A stretch of DNA of 63,779 bases, filler included, from Octopus bimaculoides (Eukaryota): the NCBI RefSeq assembly GCF_001194135.2. It is 3 parts of 2 records of this genome, joined end to end, with 100 filler letters (N's around TTAATTAATTAA, not from the genome) between each part and the next. Parts side by side here need not be neighbours in the genome. Positions count along the whole stretch, not along the records: positions 48,107 to 63,779 come from NC_068982.1; 2 more parts are not named here. The stretch is one strand, 5' to 3'. The position numbers and the translations under genes are program-made. This document shows, piece by piece, positions 50,897-63,779 of the stretch. Numbering within the stretch: position 1 is the stretch's first letter; the number at the start of each line of letters is the position of its first letter. The notes under the pieces are model-generated. The model worked only from the letters and a program-made list of their open reading frames with translations. It had not been told where the DNA came from and ran no database searches.

Positions 50897-50966
50897 TCTT
50901 CTTCTTCTTCTTCTTCTTCTTCTTCTTCTTCTTCTTCTTCTTCTTCTTCTTCTTCTTCTTCTTCTC
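50897..50966. repeat. (CTT)n microsatellite
   Basis: Direct reading. Confidence 0.95.
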
Positions 50967-51124
50967 TGCCAAGAATTCACAACGACCTCGAACCCACAAG
51001 AGTAAACGAGAGAGACAGAGACCGGCAGAAACAAGGGAAATGCCCCTTGTATTTGAATACTATGCAAATATTCTTTTTAAAAACTTTTCATTTAATTTTT
51101 CGAAAATTTAATAGTTTTCCATAC

Positions 51125-51166
51125 TTACAGTTGAAAAAGTCTCGATGACCGAAACCGGTACTGAAA
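51125..51166 (+). ncRNA. Degenerate minimal type I hammerhead-like motif (Penelope pLTR type)
   Basis: ttacag TTGAAAA agtc-tcgat-gacc GAAA CCGG TA ctgaaa. Topology fits, with a palindromic stem III, but the core deviates from CTGANGA at 2 positions. Confidence 0.4.
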
Positions 51167-51212
51167 TGTTTCTTATAAAAGTATTTTAGCATTTTCTGCC
51201 TTGACTTTTTTT

Positions 51213-51250
<38 letters not shown>

Positions 51251-52568
51251 TGGCTCTCCTGGGAGAGATTATTAGAGAATGTGAAATAAATATGTACATG
51301 GTACAATCAATCATTTAGAGTGTAAGATACATTGATGTGTAAATGTTACAATATTGAATGGTGGGAATAGATGTGAACAATAGTTATTCAGTAGAACAGA
51401 AAGGGGGGAAAATTACACCTACTGTATTCAAAACAGATATTCGGTAAAATCGAAACAAATCTATTCAGTATTTAATGTTTGATTTCTGCTCTGAGAGTTC
51501 TTCAAAGCTGTTCCGAAAATTTATTCCTGCATGGATCAATGAAATAGGTGAGCATGAGCCACAGAGATCAATCTTCTTAAAACCTTCCTCTTCCTAACAA
51601 TTTGACGTATTTAGTGAAGGAAAATCTTTATTTGCAAGTAAAGGAAGTAAAATAGCAGAAAGCAATTCCTTTACATCACTTCAAATCATTAGGAGAGTCG
51701 ATTGTTCCTAAAATAGATACTTTGATGGTGATTCAATCAATTGTTCGCACTTGGTATCGAAAAATTAGTGAACGAGTGCCAAAGGAAAATATTATCATTT
51801 GAAAGACATTTTTGCTTCGAATCATAAATTTTATTTCGCTCGTCACTGCAATCGAAATTAGAAGGTTAGTAATACCCTCCAAATATACAACTCAGCATGT
51901 TTTTGAAAGTTATCATATAAACCAGCTACTGGGCCGACCAACTACTTCCGAATTTGGTATCATGAATAAAATATCTTAGTTCATCATTTTTGATAATTTA
52001 CTGCGTCAAAATATTCACTAGGTTATCTATATAGAACTGAAAAACTCATTCCCAAATGACATAGATATATATATTAACGACACCTAAATAGAACAATGAA
52101 CGATTTGGAAGTTTGCAGGTGCAGTATTCAGCTTGTTTACAGCGCTGTAGACATAATAAGATTGCAGTAAACCAAACTGTGAAGATATAACAATTTTAGT
52201 TGAAAACAGCTTTGCATGACAATATTGTTGAATTTATAGTAAACAGTTCAAATTTCTGTCTCCTCTAAANNNNNNNNNNNNNNNNNNNNNNNNNNNNNNN
52301 NNNNNNNNNNNNNNNNNNNNNNNNNNNNNNNNNNNNNNNNNNNNNNNNNNNNNNNNNNNNNNNNNNNNNNNNNNNNNNNNNNNNNNNNNNNNNNNNNNNN
52401 NNNNNNNNNNNNNNNNNNNNNNNNNNNNNNNNNNNNNNNNNNNNNNNNNNNNNNNNNNNNNNNNNNNNNNNNNNNNNNNNNNNNNNNNNNNNNNNNNNNN
52501 NNNNNNNNNNNNNNNNNNNNNNNNNNNNNNNNNNNNNNNNNNNNNNNNNNNNNNNNNNNNNNNNTATA

Positions 52569-52609
<41 letters not shown>

Positions 52610-54089
52610 GCGTGTGTATGTGCGCACAAGTGTAATGAACTCGAAATTCTCCGATTCTCTTTTTTAAAGAACAATTTTGTATCAACAGAGAAAAATAAAT
52701 AATTTGGGCGTGCATTTTCATTACAGCAAATTATATCGGATATCTGAAGCACCATAGAATTGGTATTACCCACAGTTTAAATGCACGAAATAGTATATCA
52801 AAATAATTTATTAACCTGCCTTCTTCAATGTTACCGACACAAGGTTTTAACAGCTGTCAAAACACTGTTTTGCATGTCACTTCTACCAACGTTCCTAGTG
52901 GTGGACTATGCAACCTTGGAGTTTCAAAGGGAAGATTGATGAGGTTAGTGATTTAAATGTTTGTGTACATATATCAATAGTATACTAAGTACAAATTTCA
53001 ATAATCATTCAGTATGTTTATAGCTTATCAATGAGCCAACTTATATTGACTACAGAAATCGAAATAAGCAATTCTTACTTAGCTTCACGTCAGGTATGAT
53101 CAAATAGATTCATTATCAAAGTTGTTCATGTTCAGATTATGACCAATAATTTTTCAGCAGGTATAATCTATTTAGCACTACATTTCCCTATTTCTTATTT
53201 ATTTCTCAAGACCGTATAGTGTAATCTAAACCAAATTTGTCTGCAATTTCTTGTAAGTTATGCAATTGCTTGGATTCTTCTTTGTTTGGTAGATATGGTA
53301 TTGCCTGAATCCAATGTTCCTCACGAAAGAGAAATTCTCAGTTGGTCCGGTTTCCAATTGTAGCCATTTTATCTTCACTTACAGTATTAAAATATCAATG
53401 ATAGGGCCATGACAATTCCTCAAATGCAGTAGACATTGTAATCATATGAACAATCACAATCCCTTAATGGTTATATTAATTTTTTTATTTTCTTCATGGT
53501 TTCATAAGATATTTAACTAAATTTCTTGGTTGAGATTCTCTTGAAAATGACAAATTAATCCGAGTATTTACAACATAATTCAAAATTCATTCAGAATTGT
53601 AATCTGTCACTTTGTATTCATTTGGAATGGAATAACTAATCTCGTGTTTTTTACAATATTTAAGTCGTTTTCTCTATTTGTAATCAAATTCTTAACATAA
53701 ATCATATAAGCCTATCGCCATATCCTTACATTTGCAAAGTTAGAGAGAGGATGAGGAGAGAAACAAGGAGAGAGAGACACAAGTATAATGTGCATACAAA
53801 AGGTAGATGTTTATGTAACTGAAATGGTATTATCTATAGGGAATATTACTTGTAGGTATTCTTCAGAGGTTTAGTCAAAATATCTTTGGAATCAAAATCA
53901 ATCCATGGTTACATAATATAGATTTCTTACAATATTGATTTCTTCCACATATTCTTGTCATCAGTAAATGAGAAGGTTTTTTACAAAATCTTCCAGACTG
54001 CGAACCATAATTTGTGTCCGCTTTACCATGACGACCACAAAAGAATACAGTGCTTTATATTTTCTTTCATTAGAGTTATTAATATTGGG

Positions 54090-54622
54090 GATCAAATTTT
54101 GGCACATGGCCAGCAAATTAAGAGGACAGAGTAAGTCAATTACATCGACCCCAGTGTTCAACTGGTACTTATTTTATCGACTCCGAATGGGTAAAAGGTA
54201 AAGTCAATCTTAGTGGATTTTGAACTCATAACATAATAATGGACGAAATACGGTTAAGCATTTTGCCCGGCGTGCTAACATTTCTACCAGCTTTGCTGCT
54301 TTATTAGTGTTATCAATATTGCGTACATTCTAAGGCGGCGAGATGGTAGAATCGTTAGCATACCGGGCGAAATGTTTCTTTGTTTACGATCTCAGTTCAA
54401 ATTCCGACGAGGTCGACTTTGCCTTTCATCTTTTCAGGGTCGATTCATTAAGTACCAGTTACGCAATGGGGTCGATGTAATCGACTTAATCCCTTTGTCT
54501 GTCCTTGTTTGTCCCCTCTATGTTTAGCCCCTTGTGGGCAATAAAGAAATAAGAAACGTTAGCGCGCCGGGCGAAATGCTTAGCGGTATTTCGTCTGTTT
54601 TTATGTTCTGAGTTCAAATTCA
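54090..54622. mobile_element. Cluster of SINE family B: minus copy (54090-54303), plus copy (54331-54553), and tandem second head (54555-54622)
   Basis: Consensus matches; the plus copy tail aagaaataagaaac runs directly into gttagcgcgccgggcgaaatgcttagcgg. Confidence 0.88.
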
Positions 54623-54624
54623 TC

Positions 54625-54941
54625 TACCGGGATGCTCAGGTAGTAACACTCCTTGGCCACAGCATTAATTTGCTTGCTCCATCTACACAGTGCGTGGTGG
54701 TCTCTTTCTGGATATCGACAGGCTGGAACCGGACCAGAATCTCTGAGCCTACCGGTTATAACGCTGTCACCGTCGAGGGCTTCAGTTTCATTACCACCGC
54801 TATTCACAATATTTTGTTTTTTGGTTGTCACTGATATGAGGTAGTGATTATCAGGTTGCGCAATTACCAGAGTTTTTTATTGTGACACCATCAATAGATG
54901 TATCATTAATCAGCCCATAAGGAGACTCCATCCGTTTCCTT

Positions 54942-54945
<4 letters not shown>
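54625..54945 (-). mobile_element. Probable 5' end/N-terminus of an R4/Dong-like LINE
   Basis: Translates RWSKQINAVAKECYYLSIP, resembling the W..E.N..MECYY.S.P N-terminal motif I recall for this clade. It begins just after a (TAA)n tract on the minus strand. Confidence 0.45.
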
Positions 54946-54972
<27 letters not shown>

Positions 54973-55149
54973 CATCACTGATATCACTGATATTATTATT
55001 TTCATGTGTAGTAGCAGCAGTGGTTGCAGCAACAACAGTAGCATGGGTGGGGGTAGTGGTAAGGGTGGTAGTTGGACCTCAGATTCCTGTGCTATCATAA
55101 TAGTAGTATTTGTAGTATTATTATAGTATTAGTAGTATTTAGTATCAGC

Positions 55150-55545
55150 AGCTACAGCAAATGCATTTCCAAATAGTTTTGCTTTCTCTGTTCAAGTACT
55201 TCATCTTTTCTTTTTCCTCCTAGTATATTTGCATTGCCCACTGCTGCTAGCAGTTCTTCAGAGCGTCCGTTAACATACTGATTGAGACTTTTCACTTCCA
55301 CGTTCACACAGTCTTCCACACTTAATAATCCCCTTCCTCCACTTATACGTTTCATGTACAGCCTGTCTACATCTGCCCTGCTTTGCAAAGCCTTACACAT
55401 TGTCACTACCTTCTGAGTTTTTCGATAAATATCTTGCAGGTCCTCTTTGTTCCAATTTAGAAGAACTACCATATATCTCATAATTGATACTGTCTTTGAA
55501 TTTATTGCCTTTACAATGTTTTCAGAACTTTACTAAGCCCAGTTC
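55150..55545 (-). mobile_element. R4/Dong-like RLE LINE fragment (RT thumb region)
   Basis: ENIVKAINS...RYMVVLLNWNKEDL...RKTQK...RADVDRLYMKRISGGRGLLSVEDC. Confidence 0.8.
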
Positions 55546-56157
55546 TTGTACTCAAGCACTTGGCCTCTTTGAATTGGCAAATCCCTGAGGGTCTCGCAAG
55601 CCTTCACTTCTCTCTCTGGCTTCTGGTCGTACCAAGTCTTACTTGTCTCTAACTCCCACTTTACACATTTTCCAATGCAGAATTCTTTTCACAGCTAATA
55701 CTGGTTTTGGGCAAGTCTGCGACATTCATTCAGAATATGGGAAATCGTTTAATCAGAACCGTTGAAAATTCGGCACAATGGAGACACTTGCTCATTTCTA
55801 AGACTGACCCTTCAACATCTTGATCTCGCGCTGCAAGTATAGTGTTCTCAGTCCTCTTTTTAAATGCTCCTTTCTTTAGCCAGTTCCACCTATGTTGTCC
55901 TGCACCCTCACTTGGAGATACATCGAAGTGATTATGCAGTTCCTCGTTAAATAGTGCTTTTTCATGTCCTTGTAATTCATGTTTTGTTCTTTTCCTTTTT
56001 CCCTCTTTCGCCAACTACCACTAGCAAGGTTTCCTCACTTTGGATTAGATGTTTCAGCAAGATCCTATGTTCTATATGCACACAGTCTACCACACTTATC
56101 AATCCTCTTCCTCCAATTGTTCATTTCACGTATAGACGATCAGAGTCTGCACGGAGT
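55546..56157 (-). mobile_element. Second R4/Dong-like RLE LINE fragment (thumb to CCHC)
   Basis: RADSDRLYVK*TIGGRGLISVVDC...WNWLKKG.FKKRTENTILAARDQ...HILNECRRLAQ...RILHWKMC...TWYDQKPE. Confidence 0.78.
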
Positions 56158-56167
56158 NNNNNNNNNN

Positions 56168-56229
<62 letters not shown>

Positions 56230-56232
<3 letters not shown>

Positions 56233-56385
56233 TACGGTCTTTCGGCTTCCTTCTTTTGAATCCACTCACAAAGCTTTGGTCGATTGAAGACTATGGTAGA
56301 ATACACTTGCTCAAAGTGCCACGCAATGGGACTGAACGTTGAACCATGTAGTTGGAAAATATACGTTTTATCACGTACCCATACA
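56230..56385 (-). mobile_element. SINE family A, 5' part
   Basis: tccactcacaaagctttggtcg...cacttgctcaaagtgccacgcaatgggactgaac. Confidence 0.8.
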
Positions 56386-57910
56386 ATTTTTGTGAAAGAC
56401 CGAAAGCTGGCCTTATTTCGTAGATAAAGGCAGGTTCCAGTCTACCATAAAAACACAGGGGCCCTCATGGAAAATGTAACCTTCCGTTGCATTGCCAGGA
56501 ACATAGAAACCTTTCTTGTACTATCAAAACAAGTATTAGAGACAGCAAAGTTAGATGTTTTAAGTGAAATATCTTTCATTGGTAATTTGTAGAATGAGGG
56601 AATATGACACTAATTGTGTCATGATTCAAACAGGGAAAAGAGTAAAAGTGTAAGCTCTGGTAGTACACGGGACGCTTATCTATAACCTGAGCACGCAGTA
56701 ATTTGGGAAGAGGAACGCAAAGGACGCAGTCAGGGATATTACCGACGATTTCGGCACGTGAAACATTTATCGATATATGTCAGTTGGAATCACCATGAAT
56801 ACTCCAGTGTAAGACCAGGAAACAAAACTGGGACTAATTCCCGCAGACGATAGTGAGAAGACGTTCAAAGTCAGCACAAAAGATAGACAACCCAGCTGTT
56901 GCATCCATGTGTGTTCAAATCTCATCTGAAGGATCTCGATCTCTGTACAGGGTACCTAAAAGAAAAATGTGTCGAAAATAAATCATAAAATTTATTGAAC
57001 GAGCATGTGAGTCAGCAAATGAAATTGTCCGCTTGTTCTTATCGCAAACATATAATTACGAAACCTATTGATCCAAGATTACTCTGTTTTCCAAATGTAA
57101 GTGCATAACCAGTAATAGCGGCTTAATTACACTTCGTAATGAGAGTATGCCCTTTCTCGCAGACCAGTCTCATTACTTTCCCACCCGCGTCTACAAGTAG
57201 AAGCTTGAGAAATGGACGAGAGATTAGCCAAAGAGGATATTTATTGTCTTAAATCTTTTCAGTCTTGTTCACCATACTATTTCTTTCACAAGACAGAGGA
57301 AACTACTCCTTTTGTCTGACATAAGAAAGTGATGGAGTGATCCTCACAATAATCTCGGCTAATAGCCGCATCATTCAAATATGCAATAACAACAAATATT
57401 CGTTGTAACTCATCATTTCAATAGAGCTTGTTCGCTGAATGAGTATGAGCTAAGGAGTTTTGTTTCACTGAGCACCTTTCAAACAGGCTCAGCTAAAAGT
57501 GCTACTGTGACTGTAGAGTTTATCTACGAAGGGCAATACGCTCATGATTGTATTATCTTTAGCAAAATTTTGGCAGGAAACTATTGATGCTTTCTTTATC
57601 CACATCATTTCCAACAGTACCAACACTCACCTTCTAACACAACTAAGAATATTCGTCTTCTGTTGCTAATTCCGATACGCATGTGCCAAAAGAAAAAAAA
57701 AAGAAGAAATGAACAAGTGTGGCATGTATTCAAAAAGCTCTTGGATTAGACCATTCAGAGTAGACGCTGTCGACTGTATTTCACTTTCTCTTATCGAATT
57801 TTCACAACACTGCAACTGTTTTCGCTTCATGTCGTGTTCAGAGTAAGGTGGAGGATGGTATCATTTTAATGCTGTATGGACACCATATTACACATTTTCT
57901 AATCCCAACT

Positions 57911-58110
57911 AAAACATAATGTTGATGATATACTATTAGCTATGTATTAATAATTCTACACACTGGGATGTCTGCTACTCTAAATAGAAAAAGAAAGTGT
58001 TTTCAGAATGTTACATGTTTTCTACTTCGCGAGTAAAACATAACGCTGGTGATATGCTATTAGCTATCTATTAATAACCCTATTATCTAGGATGTCTGCT
58101 ACTCCAAAGA
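57911..58110. repeat. Diverged tandem duplication (~125-bp period)
   Basis: aaaacataa.g.tg.tgatat.ctattagctat.tattaataa...ggatgtctgctactc occurs twice. Confidence 0.75.
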
Positions 58111-58972
58111 ACAATGCCTCTCTTAGTGTAGTGGTTTTGTAGCTATTTCTTAACAAGAAGTTTCATAGATATTGCAGTATTACATTATAAAACCATACTT
58201 TAGCTATTAGAATGCAATTAAAGCACGATACGAGTGTTTTGCATTTCATTACAATCCTCTATTCACAACTTCATAATAATGCATTTGTTCTGAACGAAAA
58301 CATTGCGAAACGGGAAAAAGAAAGAATATTAAATAAAAAACAGTTTACATGTTTCATATTTTTTAAGATCAGTTTCATACAAATATATTTGTAAAATTTA
58401 TCGAAAGCGTTCTCTTTAATACGCATACAGTGCAAAATTATTTTTTTCCGATTTATAACTGATTAAATGCCATCGGTAAAATTTCAAGCTCAGTTATAAA
58501 TGGATTCTCGCCTTATTCCGATCATGCTTATCTTTCAAAAATCTTCCATCATGAGATCTTTGATTTAGTCATCTCTACATCAGTGGTATCTACCCAGTGC
58601 AGATAAACCACTGAAAGTTTAGATTTTCTTAAATGTATCCATGATGGATATTTAATCTAACACATCTGAAACACTCTGAATCAGACAACAAAGTTAAGAG
58701 TTTTTATAATCAACTACGGCCAGGAAAATAGATTGGAGAGAGATAGGCTCCATCACAGGACTGACATGCTCTCGATAGTGCACGTAAGGGTGTATTTCTG
58801 AATGCTAACACGAAACTGCAAGGTTATGAAGCTCACCACTAACACCGCATTATAGTTTTCTTTTATTGTGCTCTATTACTCCGTTGTGCTCTTGCTCATA
58901 TTTCGAAATAGATATTTTAGATATTTCGTCACAATATCTTATTATCCTTTAACAGAAAGCATTGAATTATAT

Positions 58973-59172
58973 TACTCTTTACTTGTTTCAGTCATTTGAC
59001 TGCGGACATGCTGGAGCACCGCCTTTAGTCGAGCAAATCGACCCCAGGACTTATTCTTTAGAAGCCTAGTACTTATTCTATCGGTCTATTTGGCCGAACC
59101 GCTAAGTTACGGGACGTAAACACACCACCATCGGTTGTCAAGCGATGTTGGGGGACAAACACAGACACACAA

Positions 59173-59271
<99 letters not shown>

Positions 59272-59425
59272 TACGACGGGCTTCTTTCAGTTTCCGTCTA
59301 CCATATCCACTCACAAGGTTTTGGTCGGCCCGAGGCTATAGTAGAAGACACTTGCCCAAGGTGCCACGCAGTGGGACTGAACCCGGAACCATATGGTTGG
59401 TAAGCAAGCTACTTACCACACAGCC
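58973..59425 (-). mobile_element. Full-length SINE family A, young-looking
   Basis: Near-identical reverse complement of 32779-33187 apart from the internal CA/TA tract. Confidence 0.93.
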
Positions 59426-60164
59426 GTTCTGTTAACAATATAACTAAAATATTCTTATTGTAAACTGTGCACTGAGAACTACAAAGTAACCTGACAGAAT
59501 GAAATACTGTTGATGCTCTACGTTGATAAAAAGGGATAATATTTGTAGTGGAGTAAATTTAGTGAGAGAAGAGTCTAAAGTTTTAAGGAAATTTTCGTCG
59601 ACGAGATACAAAATATTTATTGGTTTTGAAGAATAAACAATTCAGAATCCATGAGAAAGTAGAATAAAGGAGGTATTGTGAAAAAGAAAAGAAATATTAG
59701 GGATGAGGCAATGACGGAGAAACAGTTTTGACATACAACACTCGCACGTACATACACATCTATTGATTTCTGCCTGCCTTTCCTCTCACTCTCTATAATG
59801 TTCATTATATAAATATAAACTAATACACCTGTTTGTTGTATATACACCTGTCTTCGTCTTTTGCATTTGTGTAAATTCAAACAATATATATATATATATC
59901 TTATATGATAAATCAACATTTGTGTGTGAGTATGTGTGTGGGTATGTGTGTGCTTGTGTGCGTGGGTAGGTTCGTTAACGATTCGAAAACTTAGTTGCTG
60001 GTTTTGACATATGGGGTATCAAAATATTCAGTAATCTTTCGGCTACAAAATGAACTTTATTTTGATTTACATATTTGCATTACAAAAATGTAACATTATA
60101 ATCTTCCTATAAGTCAATTATCGTAAGCGAAATTTTATACCACGACGACGACGTCACATTTTCT

Positions 60165-60860
60165 ATATGAGTATGTGTCTCTGAGCGTGTGTGTTTGCGC
60201 GTTCGTTACGTACGTTAGGCCGATGTCTGAGATGTTTGTGTCTCCCTGTATACATACATTTTTGTGACGACTGATACATACAGACAAGCATCTAAAGACA
60301 GAGTCAGACACACAGAGGGACGGAGATAGGACTGATGTATGCGTGAAGGTATGTCTGTGTGTGTCTGTCTTTGTATATGCATATGACTGTATGTCAGAGT
60401 GTATGTGTGTGCGTATATATATGTGATAATTTGTATACGGTTTGGCCTAAAACAATAAAACACACACGCACAAACATCTACACATACATCTACATATGTG
60501 CTTTAGTGTGTATGTGTCTATGAGTGTGTGTGTTTGCGCGTTCGTTACGTAGGCTTGGCCAATGACTGTGAGGAATATGTGCTTGAGTGTGGGACTGTAT
60601 GTGTGTGTCAGTAGACATATATTTTTGTGACGACTAACACAGACACACACATACATTTAAAGAGAAGAGAGACACACTCTGAGGGAAAGAGATAAGCCTG
60701 AGCTGTGCGTGAATGTGTGCTTGTGTGTCTCTTTCTTCGAATATGTATGTGAGTATATGTCAGAGTGTATGTGTGTGCGAGTGTATGCGGGATAATTTTT
60801 ATATGTTAGGCCTCAGACAATTAAACATACACACACACATCTACACATACATATACAAAT
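60165..60860. repeat. Diverged tandem duplication (~340-365-bp period), TG-rich
   Basis: tgtgtttgcgcgttcgttacgta at ~60190 and ~60530; tatgtcagagtgtatgtgtgtgcg...acatctacacatacat at ~60390 and ~60757. Confidence 0.75.
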
Positions 60861-61789
60861 GTAGTGAGACATGACAGAACTGTTTCGTTGCTGTGACGTA
60901 ATTTAGTTGTGCTTGAGCAGATGCCAGACAGGTAGATTTGGTGATGTAGTAATACAAGCAACAAATTCCACCCAACAGTGAAACGCGCCGATTTTGAAAG
61001 AGTTTAGCGAAGTAGAACGCTTTAGCGGCTCTTTCAATATAATTACAGAAATGTTATTCCCGTCCTTATAACCAGTTTGAAGGTAATGCTTTTTTAACGG
61101 TTCTAGCGTCCTTATCGTATTCCTGCTATGCAGCTTTGACAGAGTTAGTATACCAACGCCGCGCAACCTTTTTACTGCGTTAATCAGTATTTATTCTACA
61201 GCCTATAAATTTACATAGTTAAAATATATAGTAAGTAATGTCAAATTAATTTATGTCTTGCTACATATATCCTTCAGCATATGTTTTAAATTCATTAACG
61301 TTCACAGCATATTCCTTTGTACACACTTTGATCAGCGTTCGTTTAAAAATTGTAAAATAATAGATTATTTTTGTATGAAAAATTGAATTATGCCTTCTGA
61401 ATTTTCTAGGAGCTTCACTTTCTCCACCGTGATATTCAATTCTGAATTTTATAACATTTAGTACGTGTTCCCAATACATGTTGACTTCCTGTACTTTGTT
61501 ACATTGGTGAGGCATTGAAATTGTTGCTAAGGTGATGACTTTCCGACGCTGGGATATTTCTTTTGGAAATACTCCCTAAAAAAAAACTTTTATAGCATAA
61601 CTATCCAACAGAATGTATGTGTTGCACCTATACTGACTACATTTCGTTTCGCTTGAACTTTGTGTACGTTTTGCTGTTTTCAATATTATCAATTATATGA
61701 ATGTGTTTGTGCCTCTGAGTGTGTGTGTACTTATGCGTTGGTTAGGTCTATAGTAAGCTATAGTAAAGGCCATTTTATGCCGTTTTAAT

Positions 61790-63420
61790 GAGCCCACATC
61801 AAATAAGGTAGCCATCCTTATGGTAGGCGATCCCCATAAAAATCGTGGTATTCTCATTTGTGCTCGAGATAACAACCTTAAATGTGATTCGGAGACTCAT
61901 CCCTCTAATAATGCTCTCTAGTATCCTCTTATTTTGTGGAATGGACAAGATGGGTATCATTTCAATATTCCACAGATTAAACCTGCAACAGGAGAGCCAA
62001 TTACAAACTACGTCTATTCTTACCAACTGATGTTAAGACCAGAACAATAAAATCAATTACACACGTATCGCGATTCATTTCAACAATACCTCTGGAGGTA
62101 TGTATGCTAAAGTTGAGAGTCAGCATCTCCTCTACATTTGTACCAGTCAAAAGAAGTTATGGGCTAAAAATTATGTTCATCTCCAAAGATGCACTGTGGA
62201 CAGATGGTGATATTCGAAACATAGGGCAACTTATAATCCTCTCATCATCATTCACAGGTGGTCCTCGATATATGCACGAACGAGGCACAACATGCTATGA
62301 AATATGTCAGGACATATTGAAAACCAAATCTTGTTGTCACTTTCACCTGCATTCCTAAATAGAAATAAATAAAATCTAACCTTCTTACAGTGTTGCATTT
62401 CTGGTATTGAAGATACCCTCCTGAATGGGGGAAGAACTGCTCATTTCATGTTCAAGATCCCTCTAAACCTTGCAATGAAAGATCTCAAATGTGCAACATT
62501 TCCAAAGACCCTGCAATAAACTTGCCTCATTGTTTGGGATGAGTGCACTCTCACATCGTGGAGCTCCAGAGGTACTTGACCGTATCCTCCAAGACATAAA
62601 AAACAATAGCACTCTCTCTTTCAGATTTTCGTTAAACGTTGCCAGTTATCCCCCAAATGATCAAAAGCTGATTAGGTCAATGCATGCTTTAAAAATCATA
62701 CTTTTGGAGACATGTGAAAAAACTTCATCTTACAAGCAACATCAGAGTACTTCTACAAGGTGATCATACGAGCTTCTTAAGATTGGTAATGGGATATTGA
62801 CATACAACTTCAGCTACATGAAATGAAATTACATGCGGTCAAATTTATCTCTCAATTATACTGATGTAAACTGGCTATGTGAAATTGCTATAGTAGCTCC
62901 AGCTAATGAAATGGTTGATAAACTCAATCATGAACTTCTTCAAAAGTTAGCAGATACATCAGAAAAGACTTTTCAGTCAACTGACAACAGTCGATCACGA
63001 TCGGTTTTTTCAATACCCTGTTGAATTTCTGAACATTTTAAAACCCACTGGGATACCATCGCATAACTTGACACTAAAACTGGGTGCCCCCATTGTAATG
63101 AATCACGCATAATTGTTACTTCTATAACGTCCCATGTCCTACAGGCAACAGTCGTAACAGGTTGTCACAAAGGAGAAAATGTCTTTGTTTCAAAAATCTT
63201 CTCATACCTACATTTGTTCCATTTTAAATTTGAGATGCTTCAGCTTCCAGTCAAACTAAGTTTTATTATTTCAATTAGCAAATATCAGGGTCAATCCCTC
63301 GAGATAGTTGCACTTGATCTCTCTTCTACACGATTCTCCCACGGCCAGATCTATTTTGCTTGCTGGTGAGTTGGAAGCAGCAACAATTTATTCATTTCGA
63401 CACCAACAAAAAAATCACCC
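61790..63420 (+). mobile_element. Degenerate, internally deleted Helitron RepHel (Rep N-region plus PIF1 helicase)
   Basis: YPLILWNGQDGYHF; AKVESQ; ILSSSFTGGPRYMHER; GGRTAHFMFKIPL; SHRGAPEVLDRILQDIK; LKIGNG; YPVEFLNILKPTGIPSHNLTLKLGAP; QLPVKLSF...QGQSL...FSHGQIY. Many frameshifts. Confidence 0.88.
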
Positions 63421-63779
63421 TGACGTTCATCAACATTGAAAGCTTTTCAGTTCTAAATTTTATTATCATTACAATTTGGATATTTTTCAATAAAATATAG
63501 ATATTCTGAAATAATTATCAGAATATATCTTTAGATTCAATGTTTACTAATCTGAATAAGAACAGCAAGCTTCCAGCAGGAAAAATATCACAAAAACTGT
63601 TACTCAGAGAATCACGTTCCCCCTCGTCGGACGAACGGGAACATGAAACAATTTGTATGATATTTTTGCAGCTGTTTAAATAAATCATATTACTCTACCT
63701 CTGGTATTTAACAACTATCTTTTTCACATTGTTTCGCATTTATGCATTTATGTACTTACTCTGGTATATATATATATAT

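Noticed and set aside
56460-56950. Possible decayed LINE endonuclease region
   Set aside because: No diagnostic motif could be read confidently.

Overview
AT-rich, gap-ridden eukaryotic scaffold, dense in microsatellites. The SINE, RTE and MITE families resemble those I recall from octopus genomes; this is inference and needs a database check. No intact host protein-coding gene is supported. Almost all ORF-track entries are N-gap or microsatellite artefacts or decayed transposon frames. Recognisable elements are: three tRNA-type SINE families (about 20 copies), two RTE LINEs, an L1/Tx1 LINE fragment, R4/Dong-like and CRE-like RLE LINE fragments, a Penelope-like GIY-YIG fragment, a Tc1 5' end, mariner, piggyBac and foldback MITEs, and a deleted Helitron. 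The most interesting signal is a type I hammerhead ribozyme fold with an intact catalytic core but imperfect stem II. It lies within a ~115-bp repeat present in inverted orientation at both ends of the 5'-truncated L1/Tx1 fragment (7813-9424). This is a Penelope-like inverted terminal-repeat architecture around a non-Penelope RT. Several other minimal hammerhead-like motifs from different repeat families occur at about 12.7, 13.4/13.7, 26.5 and 51.1 kb.
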